Assembly (NCBI GenBank): GCA_951406725.2 | Contig: OX597835.1 | Coordinates: 8,680,001 to 8,744,000, forward strand | DNA from: Octopus vulgaris | Lineage: Eukaryota | Direction of reading: 5' to 3' | DNA: 64,000 nt | Shown: positions 1 to 11,189 of the stretch, piece by piece | Layout of the letters: every line of letters begins with the position of its first letter | Numbering within the stretch: the first letter of the stretch is position 1 | The notes under the pieces: model-generated | Seen by the model: only the letters and a program-made list of their open reading frames with translations | Told to the model about the DNA's origin: nothing | The model's database searches: none | Program-made: the position numbers and the translations under genes

Positions 1-427
1 TTCCATATCATAAAATGCATTAATCAGAATATGCTAACGCGAAAATTGACATCCAAATTTGGTCTCAGCCACAGATATCAGATGAAGTCTTGACTTTACT
101 TATTTCAGCTAATTTTTCTCCCAGCCGAACTGCGACATCAGCGATAATCTATTTCTTGAATTTATGAGAAACAGACGGCAGAAATTAATTTGAATATCTG
201 CAGCAAGATGACGACACTAGACTCAAAAGATGTGTAGATGTTTTATAAAGAAGCCGAGAAATGCTACGCGGGTTCTTTGCAGGAAGATTCAGACAACGAA
301 TCATGAATTGTAGCGAGTTGCCAATAAGTTGCACGAATGTGCATAATTTGTTTCAGTGAGTATGGTAGGGTTGTCTTATTGAGGTTATTACAGTTATTCT
401 AAGGCTGATGAAATTCCATTCTAAACG

Positions 428-492
<65 letters not shown>

Positions 493-495
<3 letters not shown>

Positions 496-830
496 TAATA
501 AAACATTAGGGAATAAATCCAAACTTACAGGGAAAAATCAGATTTAGGATTGAATCCAATTTCATAGTAAAATATTATATTTTATTAAATTAGAGATAAA
601 ACCACTATTAGACAAATCAAACAATGAAAAACTTAAGCCAATACATAAAATTAATTAATTTATATTATTTTAAATATATATCAAAAGTATTAAAAGTTTA
701 ATAAAATATAATCTTTTATTAAACTGTTAATACTTTTGATATATATTTAAAATAATATAAATTAATTAATTTTATGTATTGGCTTAAGTTTTTCATTGTT
801 TGATTTGCCTAATAGTGGTTTTATCTCTAA

Positions 831-837
<7 letters not shown>
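493..837. mobile_element. (TA)n-embedded fold-back element, probable Penelope-like terminus (124-bp inverted arms 583-706 / 714-837 plus ~90-bp unpaired extension)
   Basis: Arms are reverse complements with 2 visible mismatches and a 7-nt loop; (TA)n on both sides; related decayed copy at ~37953-38135. Confidence 0.7.
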
Positions 838-872
<35 letters not shown>

Positions 873-1189
873 CTTTGATAAAAAATTTTCTATCGTCTTG
901 ACTTAACAGCCCACACCGTTTGTTTTTACAGCCTTTTTCTCACTGTCTTGTTCTTGTTACCAATTATACCCTCCGCAAAATATCCCAAATTTTATTTAAC
1001 ATGCTTTTATTTAATTACGAAGTCACGTATTGTCCTTGCGTTCGCAACGCAGAGTATTTTGAAACAGGGACAACTGATGAAGGGGAATATTCTTTATTTT
1101 GAATGTCTCGTTTCTCTGTTCGTTGTCTGAAAAGATGGTTGGTTTTCTATGCCTATGTGTTTTATGTTTTGGAACTGGCAGAGAAAAGG

Positions 1190-1947
1190 AAATGCTCTAA
1201 CACTGCTATAAAGAAGCATCTTCACTCGATGGGAAAGGTTCAGAAGAATGGAGCATAAGTTCCGCATGCTTTAAGTGAAAACAACAAAAATCAACGAGCC
1301 ACAATCTGTTGCTGGTCTGTTTGCTCGTCACTGCTCAACTAATGGACACAAGCAACGAATTATTTACCGAATCGTTACTGGCGACGAAAAATGGTGCTTG
1401 TACATCAATATGAAGCAGCGTAAGGAATGGCTTAGCCCCGGTATACAAGCGACAACGCGTGTGAAACAATATCTTCATCCGCTTAAAACGATGCTGTGCA
1501 TATTGGGACTGGGAAGGGATTATCCATTATGAATTGTTTGAAAGGAAGCAAACGGTTAACGCAGAACTCAATGTTCAACAGATGGAACTACTCAACACGG
1601 CTATTCAAGAGAAAAGACCTAATCGGCAGCATGGAATTCTTCTGATGCACGACAACGCCCGCCCTCATATCGCCAATACGACCAAGGAAACCATTCAAAC
1701 GCATCGTTGGGAAGTGCTGCCACATCCGCTGTACTCTCTTGATTTGGCACCAACGGATTTCCACCTCTTTCGATCTCTTTCAAATGCTATGCGCGGAGTT
1801 TTGCTCAATACTGGTGCAGAATTGAGAGCTTGGTTGGATCAATTTTTCGAGTCAAAATCGAGTGATTTCTACCAACGAGGTATTGAAAATCTTGTTGAAT
1901 ATTGGGAAGAAGTTGTAAACAACCAGGGTGATTACATTATTCATTAA
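1190..1947 (+). mobile_element. Mariner DD34D transposase pseudogene (frameshifted, 5' part missing)
   Basis: (W)VPHAL, IVTGDEKW, HDNARPH and YSLDLAPTDFHLF motifs; 34 residues between 2nd and 3rd Asp; split over ORFs 1275-1532 and 1534-1947. Confidence 0.95.
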
Positions 1948-2302
1948 TTAGTTGTCATTTTTTATTAAACATTTAAAAAAAATTTAAATTAAAGAAAATA
2001 GTTTTTTCAGATTATATTGGTTTTACATATATTCACTAATGTAATGTCGATTCATATATATTCAGGTTGAAGTGTATCTAATTATTCTTTTACTACATAA
2101 GTCATTTAGATGTTATTAGATAATCATACTGTTAATCAGAAAATGATAATTAGAAAATATTTGAAAAAATGTGTTCACGAAGGATTGAATTAAAATGAAT
2201 CTTTTATGAGCATAACACATACACACACACAATTATAGACATACATACACACACATACTAGCATACACACGTGTATTGTTTGTATGTGTGAGTAGGTGTA
2301 TA

Positions 2303-2362
<60 letters not shown>

Positions 2363-2388
2363 TCCGTTTACCTCTCTCTCTCTACACA

Positions 2389-2435
<47 letters not shown>

Positions 2436-2443
2436 ACACACAG

Positions 2444-2478
<35 letters not shown>

Positions 2479-3003
2479 GCTAATGTTAGGTCTCATAAGG
2501 CTTGCACAGACCCTTTCCACCCAAGAAATATGATTAAGAGGCATGCAAGGGTAAAGTTTCAAATCAAACTATGGGCTTTGATTTCAAGCTGCCCTTTTGG
2601 CGTCTTATTTCAGGAAAAGCTGAAAGGTTACCTGCAATTTGGATCTCAGCCATAAATCTGCATGTCTTAGAATATTTACGTTTACATCCCCGAAATAAAT
2701 TTTCAGAATTTACCAGATAAAAATTGACATTTGAAGAAATCGTGTTCCTTTTGCCGTTCAATGTATGTCTAAGGTAAACCAATTTCGTAGATCATATTTC
2801 TCTGCAACCTGATGACCGCAGCTTTGCAAACGAAAGAAGTACACATGCGATATGCCTAAAGTATTCAGAATCGAGTTACAAGACCTGGACCAGGTCAAGT
2901 AGGAATTATTTCCTTGGAATCACTGTTGATACAATTAAAAATTCCTGCTCTTGGATACTAGCTGTCTCTCACCATCCCAGTTGCCACTATTCCACAGATG
3001 CAA

Positions 3004-3390
3004 GGCGGCGAGCTGGCAAAATCGTCAGTGCGCCAGAAGAAATGCATAATAGTAATAATTCGTCTGTCTTTACGTTCAGAGTTCAAATCCTACCGAGGTC
3101 AACGTCACCTTTCATTATTTAGGGGTCGATAAAATATGTACCAGTTAAATACTAAGGTCGACTTGACCCCTCTCGCAAGATTGCTGAATTTGTATGAAAA
3201 TCTTCCTAAGAAATGTAGGCAACGAGCTAGCAGAACCGTGAGCACACCGGACAAAATGCTTAGTGTTATTTCATCCGTCTTAGGTTTTGAGTTCAAATTC
3301 TGAGGCGGTCAACTTTGCTTTTATTCTTTTGGGGTACATAAAATAAGTACTAGTTAAGCCCTGGTGTCGATGGGATCGACTTTCTTTCAC
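3004..3390 (+). mobile_element. Two adjacent diverged copies of SINE family C
   Basis: GGCGGCGAGCTGGCA head at 3004 and GAGTTCAAAT...GGTC..TTT.GGGGT segments repeated; match copies at 14099, 43377, 45957, 55709. Confidence 0.75.
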
Positions 3391-3744
3391 GTCGAAACTT
3401 GACATTTCTTTAATTCGATATAAAAATTAATGAAGTAAATTTAGATATTGTTTTGTTCTTTAGTCCCACTTCTCCAACAAATCTGTATATTACTAAAAGA
3501 GGACCATATTTAACTACCTTGTCTTATGTTTCAGCATTGTCTATTAAGGACTTCAGCATCCATGGAATTTTCGGTCTTGTGCCAAAATTTGGAACCAATA
3601 TTCCAAAGGCGACTGTAAACAAATGTAACAAATCTATCGAATTATTTCTCTGTAAATCAAAACATTTAAAAAAGGAATTATAAAAGAGAGCTTCACATGT
3701 TCAATATTCACAGGTTAGATCAGGGAAACGAAATCGATTGTATG

Positions 3745-4056
3745 GTGTCTTTAGACATGGTGAAATCATGTGGTAATATCGCTTCAATTTAAACGAAATC
3801 GTAACAGAAATAAGGCACATAGGATAATTCAGTCGTTGTCATACTACGTCTGCAGTAAAATAATCTTAAGAATCACAATAGAAAGAAAAACAACATGTAA
3901 GTGTCTTTAGACATGGTGAAATCATGCGGTAATATCGCTTCAATTTAAACGAAATCGTAACAGAAATAAGGCGCATAAGATAATTCAGTCCTTGCCATAC
4001 TACGTCTGCAGTAAAATAATCTTAACAATCACAATAGAAAGAAAAACAACATGTAA
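3745..4056 (+). repeat. Tandem duplication, 156-bp unit x2
   Basis: GTGTCTTTAGACATGG...AACAACATGTAA starts at 3745 and 3901 with few differences. Confidence 0.95.
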
Positions 4057-4529
4057 AGTATCACAGAGAAAATTACTAAAATTTCTCTCGCGTACAAATC
4101 AAAAAGGAGAGAAGAAAAGAAAACACGAATAAACGAGAAAGAAACAATTGATAAAGTAAGTTTTAAAAAACGATTTATTCAGTAGACCGAAACAATTTCA
4201 AATCTACATTATTGTATAATTATACAAATATTTAAAACTTATTCTTTTTAAAGAACTCAATTTACCGAAAATAACTAATGAATATTCAAAGATGAGATGA
4301 AAGTGTAGAATACAAAGCATTTTTTTTATAAATGAATGATTCTTCGAATCGAATCTTTGAAGATAATCGAATTTATTGAATTTGTTATTGTAAAAAAAAT
4401 CTGACGTTATGAAAAAGATTTGCTTTATCATAATGTACGCTTATGAAGGATGTATGTTCATGCGTGGGTTTATGTCTAAGTGTATATATATATTTGTGTC
4501 TATATATGTATGAGGTATGCATATATATA

Positions 4530-6204
4530 TTTTGGGTCATCCCATAATTAATTCAATTTTTATATTTCTTTTATTTATTCAAAATTATGATTTTGAAAGT
4601 ATAGTAAATTGCTTTTCTCCTTTACTTCCTACAATGCTTTCCCAACTATCTGATAGACTTGCAAGCGCCCTCTTCCAAAATTTAATTGCCCATGACAAAA
4701 AATACTCGTCCATTACTGTTTCACCTCGTCTATAGAATTCATATTTTTTCCGTCCAAATGATTTTAAAGACTGCGGAATAAAAGGTAATCAGATGGGGCA
4801 ATGTCCAGCAAATATGGTGGGTGGGGCATTGTTTCCCATTCGCAGCCTTTTGAATGCCATCTTGACTGTATGTGGCCAAGGAGTGGCTGTGTGGTAAGTA
4901 GCTTGCTAACCAACCACATGGTTCCAGGTTCAGTCCCACTGCGTGGCATCTTGGGCAAGTGTCTTCTGCTATAGCCCCGGGCCGACCAATGCCTTGTGAG
5001 TGGATTTGGTAGACGGAAACTGAAAGAAGCCTGTCGTATATATGTATATATATATATATATGTGTATGTGTGTGTGTGTATGTGTGTGTGTTTGTCCCCC
5101 TAGCATTGCTTGACAACCGATGCTGGTGTGTTTACGTCCCCGTCACTTAGCGGTTCGGAAAAAAGAGACCGATAGAATAAGTACTGGGTTTACAAAGAAT
5201 AAGTCCCGGGGTCGAGTTGCTCGACTAAAGGCGGTGCTCCAGCATGGCCGCAGTCAAATGACTGAAACAAGTAAAAGAGTACAAGAGTAAAAGAGTAAGC
5301 ATTATCCTGATGGAGGAGCTCCTTTCGTCTTGAAACCAAGGATGGTCATATTTCTTCTAGCGCTGACATAAGCCGCTCACGCTGCTCGTAGTAGATCTCC
5401 TTTGTTATCATTTAATTTGTATCTAAAACGTCTGACTGGGCTAAACATTTCATATCCCGCCAAAACAGTTAACAACACATTACGTCGGTAAAGACCTTCT
5501 TTAGCCTGGGGTGCTGGTGTTTCTCCTTTCCTTACTCACTGGCTTCGGCGCTTGACAGTTTTATAGAGAACCCATTTTTCGTCACCAGTCACTATTCGTT
5601 CGAAAACATTCGTGAGACGAGACGGCAAAGAAACGAGCACATTCACCCTCTGAGCGCGATTAGACTCTGAAAGCTTGTGGGGAAACCATTAGCCTAATTT
5701 GCAGATATTTCCGATCGCACGCAGCTGTCGATGAATGGTCGAATAACCAAATCCAAGTTTCTCTGCTAGTTCCTGAACAGTTACGATGGGATTTTGTTCC
5801 ACCAGGTTTACTGGACGCCTTCGCCGAACTCCGCAGATCTTGCAGAACGAGGCTCATCTTCTAGGCTGTAGTTTCCGGCTCGGAATTAATGTAACCACCG
5901 TTGACACCCGCTTATGCTTATTGTCCGATCCCCATACACTGCATTAGTATTCCTCGTACTTTCCGTTGTGTTGTTGCCTTATTGAAATATGCTGAGTACG
6001 TTCCTTTGTCACTTCCATTATAGCTTTGAAAGAATAAGTGTTAAATTCGAACCGCACGCTTCAAATGTTGCACTAAGAATAAGTACAAGGCAAAATCACT
6101 ACCTGCTTTTATAGCAAAGTTGATGCAGTTAGTTTATCCCTACTGCATCCGACTTTTAGTTCATGCAATTGAAAAAAAGCACGTTATTTATGGGATGACC
6201 CCAA
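4530..6204 (-). mobile_element. Decayed mariner element with both TIRs, interrupted by a SINE
   Basis: TIRs TTGGGTCATCCCATAA (~4532) and TTATGGGATGACCCCAA (~6188), TA-flanked; minus-strand HPPYLLDIAPSDYLLFRSL and HQDNA motifs. Confidence 0.85.
4879..5297 (+). mobile_element. SINE family A, near full length
   Basis: tRNA-like head (GTGGCTGTGTGGTAAG / GGTTCAGTCCC A/B-box-like), internal (TA)/(TG) tract, GTAAAAGA tail repeats; at least 8 copies in window. Confidence 0.9.
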
Positions 6205-6789
6205 TATATATATATAGGGAGAATTCACGAAAAAACAAAAGACGAAGACAGGTGGTGTATATATATATATATATATATGCATATATGTATGTATGTATCT
6301 ATGTATGTTTGTATGTGTATGTGTGTGTCATTGTATTTGAGATGCAATGTATGTTATTTATGCCTTACGAACCTGACAATTGTTAAACATAAGAAAAAAG
6401 GATGAGGATGACTAGATTTTCCCTGTAGAGTGTCACAGTGCTTTGTTGGTTAAAATGTTTTCGAAGAATCTATAGAATATAATTTCCCATTAAAAATATT
6501 GATACGAAAATATAAAAGCATTATAAAACATATTTAGAAAGAAAGCAACATAACATTAGTATTTATTCTGATTTAATTCTCTGCAGTAAGCTATTTCTGA
6601 AATATTTGCTGAAATTTACGTGAGATTGAATTACTCGTTTATGATTGGGCACTAGAGTATGCGTGGGTTTTTTCCTGTTTATGTGTGTACATACATGCAG
6701 CGGTGTTTGTATGCGCATCTTCAAATATATGTATTTTTGTATGTGCCAGTGTGTGTGTGTGTGCGTGTCTAAGTATAGATGTATGCATA

Positions 6790-7639
6790 CAGGATGGGAT
6801 GGGTAAATTGTCGCCGTTGTTATATATTTAGTTTCGCGCATATGCAAGGTTTGCTTTTGATTTTGTCGACTACGCAATTTAGTAGAATTAGTTGGGCATC
6901 ATCTGTGAGAAAAACAGCACCATGGCACAATTCACTCCGACAGTAATTTGGTAAGGACATGCTGTACTGCTAGGCATTTGCGCCGAAAACGCCAGTACGA
7001 ACATTCCAGAGTGTTTGGGTGTCACTCTGAGGAGAGTGTAGATGATTCGAAAAGAGTTGGATGAATCTAATTGTGATTAGGAAGGTGCTTGGAGTGATCA
7101 CTAGAGATCGGAACTTTATGTCTACATTCATCTTCCTACACGGCCTCGCACTCAACACGGAGGCCTACATCAAGTGCCTGGAGGAGGTAGCCCTGCCCTG
7201 GATCAAGTGGGTGGCTGCTGGAAGACAGTATGGTTGGTAACAGGACTCTACACCATGCCACACAAGCAGAGAACCCAGTCATGGCTGTCAGACAATTTCA
7301 GCGACCACATCACCCCTAACATTTGGCCACCTAACTCCCGAGACTCCAATCCTCTTCAATTTTATGTGTGGGGCGCAGTTGCGCGGGTGATCAACAAAAC
7401 TCCGTTTAACACCAAAGATGAACTGAGGGCACGGATTATGGAAACATTCACCAACTTAAACAAGGAGACCATCCAGAAGAGTTGCAGGAGACTCCGAAGT
7501 CGTATGGAGGCCGATGTTGAATCCAGTGGCGATTTTATTGAATAAAATGTAATTTTGGTAAATATATGTGTTAAACTAAGATGTCAGTGTTATTTTCATT
7601 TTTGCGAAATTTAATCGATAGTTTATTCACCGCATCATG
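6790..7639 (+). mobile_element. Internally deleted maT-type (DD37D) Tc1/mariner transposon
   Basis: CAGGATG..GATGGGTAAATTGT end shared with the 15619-16486 copy; QDS.PCH...WPPNS.D.NPL transposase C-terminus; 37-residue spacing reconstructed from both copies. Confidence 0.8.
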
Positions 7640-7854
7640 TTCGTTGATACACCTGTGTATATGCACTTAGCTATGCATGTATGTCGGAATGCATGTATGC
7701 ACAAACGAACATATAGGCACGCATGTATGCACAGATGTAGACATAGGTATGCATTTTGATAAACATGTTTCATCACACATTCTCATGCAAATAAATTGGA
7801 ATGTTTTGATCCTTCATGGAAGTTGGTATATCTCTCTCATTGAAAATATTTATG

Positions 7855-7981
<127 letters not shown>

Positions 7982-8002
7982 AGCTCTCTATCTATCTATC
8001 TA

Positions 8003-8087
<85 letters not shown>

Positions 8088-8159
8088 ATCAAACTAGCTA
8101 TACACTCACATATATATTTCATGTCCATATATGTATTTAAACCCGTGTGTGCATTTGAG

Positions 8160-8206
<47 letters not shown>

Positions 8207-10179
8207 GTGAACGTGTGTTTGAAATATTGTGCATGAATATGTGTATATGAATATAAATATATGTATTCACGTGTGTATGAGCGTGTATGAATATTTAAAA
8301 CAATCTATTGTCGGAGAGTGGACACATAATACGTGTATGTGTTTGCGATAGAAATTGCTGCTTTTTTAAAAAATTAAAACATTTTTAAAAATAATTATTG
8401 AAGTAGAAATTATTTTCTTTCATATTTTCCTCTTTTTTCTTTTCATATTTGTTGATGTTTTCATCTTTTGAAAGTTTGTTGTGCAAGATTAATCTTCATC
8501 ATTTTAAGCATCCATTAATGCTTAGTCACGTTTGTGTAGGAATATGTCTTATTTATAAAGTGAAGACATATTTTCTCTGTTATTACTGATTGCTTTTTCC
8601 ATAGCATAAATTTTCAAAAAACGTATATAATAACAAGAAACAAAAACTCTCACTGTAATAGTCATTGCAATTTCTCAATAATCTATTTTTCATTGAGTAT
8701 GTGTATCAATATATATACTTGAAATATATGAATGTAAAAATATTGAATGGTTATTAGAGTTTCTTCTTAAATCATTCTGTATAAATTGCAAAAGGATTTA
8801 GCAGTATTTACACATTAAATACACATTTTTGCTGTTCTCTCTCATTGGCTGAGAACTATTTTATAAAACTAAATATAAAAAGGTAACTCATATTTGATAA
8901 TTAGTTTTTTGGTAATTACTGTTGTACAGTTGTCTTAGACATTTATCAAACGCAACATAACTGGGTTTCCATTTTGTGAAGAATTAATGCAACGCACCGA
9001 AACGGCAAAGCATAAATTACGCGGCTGGTTTAATGTTATGGCGAGAGTTTTTGATTAAAAGCTGAAACATGTGTGAAGCGCTTTTATTTGTACCGAGATC
9101 AACTCCAACATCAAACGCGACTGCAGTGATTACATGGAAACATGTAATCATTTGATTTATTTCAGATATAGCAGCATATATATGGTTGCTTGGTTTAGCT
9201 CAGTTTGTAATTGTGCGGTTCTGGGTTCAATTGCATTACCCTGACATCCTTCGCTAGTGTCTTCAAAGATAGATGCATGTTAAGCAAATATTATTTGATT
9301 AGAGATTGGCAGACGGCAGCCAGTTTTGCGAACGCACGCCATGGTGCGCATATGTGCGTATGTGCGTATGTGTGTGTGTGTGTGTGTGTATGTGTGTGTG
9401 TGTGTGTGTGTATCTTTCACGGTCTATATCCGTGAAGTATACAATGAACGGCGATATAACCGATGCTTTGGCAATGTGGTTTCTTGACATTATATCTGTC
9501 TCAAATTAGATACGGGGTCTTCGCGGCAGAAATGCATTGAAACGAACCAGTGATTATCCCAGTAACCATCTGAAACGAATGATGTTCACAAGATATATTT
9601 CTATAATTCCCTCATAATTTCACAACATAATTATACGTTGATAATATATGCTTTAACGTATTAATCTGATCGAAATTACTAACATTTCTTTAATGAATAA
9701 AGGAAAATTATATATTCTTTCGTTCTTTAGCCCCACTTCGCCAGTAGATTTACATATAACTAAAGAAGAACCACATATAACTACCTTGTCTTATATTTCG
9801 GTATTGTCTATCAAGGACTTGAACATCCATGTTATCCTTGGAAAGCTTGTTAAGAGATGTAATTTGAGAAAAGTTTAATCGGTATTTGATTTCCGCCGAA
9901 TAGTCATAAAGAATTACCTCGGTGGAAGTCGGCAGTTAACAGGAGAATATGAACTGTCACAAATTATTTTTTTATGGCATTAAATGAACTAAATTCCATT
10001 AGCGAGTGTTCTAGTTCACTAATCACTAATGATTTACTATTAATAAATTAATACTTTCTTACGTATTTACACACACACTCTCTCACACACATAAATTTAA
10101 AGTGGATAGTTAAAAAATAAAGGGAGACGAAATGGCTATATATGAATATATACATACACACATACACACATGTTTGTGA

Positions 10180-10246
<67 letters not shown>

Positions 10247-10252
<6 letters not shown>

Positions 10253-11075
10253 GTCCTCCCATAAGTTCTCTCAGAATTTTGAATAAAGGGAACAAGTGAT
10301 CAAATGCTATATCTAATTGAAATTTAATAATCAACTTACTTTCCCTGATTATCTATGACTTCCTTCCATCTATTTACAAGCTTATTAATCCTATCAATGT
10401 AAATCTCTTTTGGTTTCAAAGCAAAGAACTCTAAAATGTCAGTTTCGACCTCCTCTTAGCTTGCGAAAGTTATGTCCTCTAAATGATTCTGTAAACTACG
10501 AAACAAATGGCAGTCTGAAGGGGCAAGCTCAGGAGAATAAGGCGGATGAGGAATTTTTTAAAACCAAGCTCTTCGATCTTCTGTGATGTGATCTTTGCAG
10601 TGTGGAGTCGCTTATTGTCCTGATGAAACATCACTCCTTTTCGATTCACTAAAGCGGGTTTTTTTTTTCTTCAAAGCTTGGTTTAAACGCTGTAATTGCT
10701 GATAGTAGACTTGATCATTGCTTGTTGCATTAGGTGGTAACAATTCAAAGTGAATTACTCCTTTGCAATCCCACCAGATAGAGGGAAGAACATTTTTTAT
10801 ATGCAATTTCCTTCTCGGTTGTGTTTGAGCTTTTTCCCTTTTACTAAACCACTGTTTACGACGTTTAACATTTCGATAAAAGATCCAGTTTTCGTCACCA
10901 GTTACAATTCTATCCAAAAAGGGTGAAAGGAATTCGCGAGAATGAATAGAAGAGCAGATATCAACTGGAGATTTCCGGTTGATTTCGGACAATTCATGAG
11001 GCACTCATTTTCCAAGTTTAGGAACCTTTCCAAGTTGTTGAAGATGACGATGAACAGTTGTATGGTATGAACTGA
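10247..11075 (-). mobile_element. Mariner transposase remnant with one TIR
   Basis: PHELSE, RIVTGDENWI, IWWDCKGVIHFELL in ORF 10612-11004; TATCAGGTCCTCCCATAAGTTC end next to (TA)n. Confidence 0.9.
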
Positions 11076-11089
11076 GACAAATCAAGAAT

Positions 11090-11189
11090 TTTGAAAACTA
11101 GATCTTAAACACTGAATGACTATGAGGGTCCACTAAAATAAAATAGTAATCAAAGGGATCCGTAGATAAAAATTGGTTGAGAGCCCCTG
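11090..11189 (-). mobile_element. Possible hAT-type MITE end
   Basis: Minus strand begins CAGGGGCTCTCAACCA, resembling hAT/Charlie-type TIRs; partner TIR not found. Confidence 0.35.

Noticed and set aside
400-1120. Isolated CTGATGA motifs at ~405 and ~1074
   Set aside because: No downstream GAAA with pairing stems could be assembled
4739-5116. Recurrent 'proteins' MSSNARGTN.. and MTTDAGVFTSPS.. (also 25653, 25847, 39398, 39637, 60353)
   Set aside because: Chance translations of SINE family A copies
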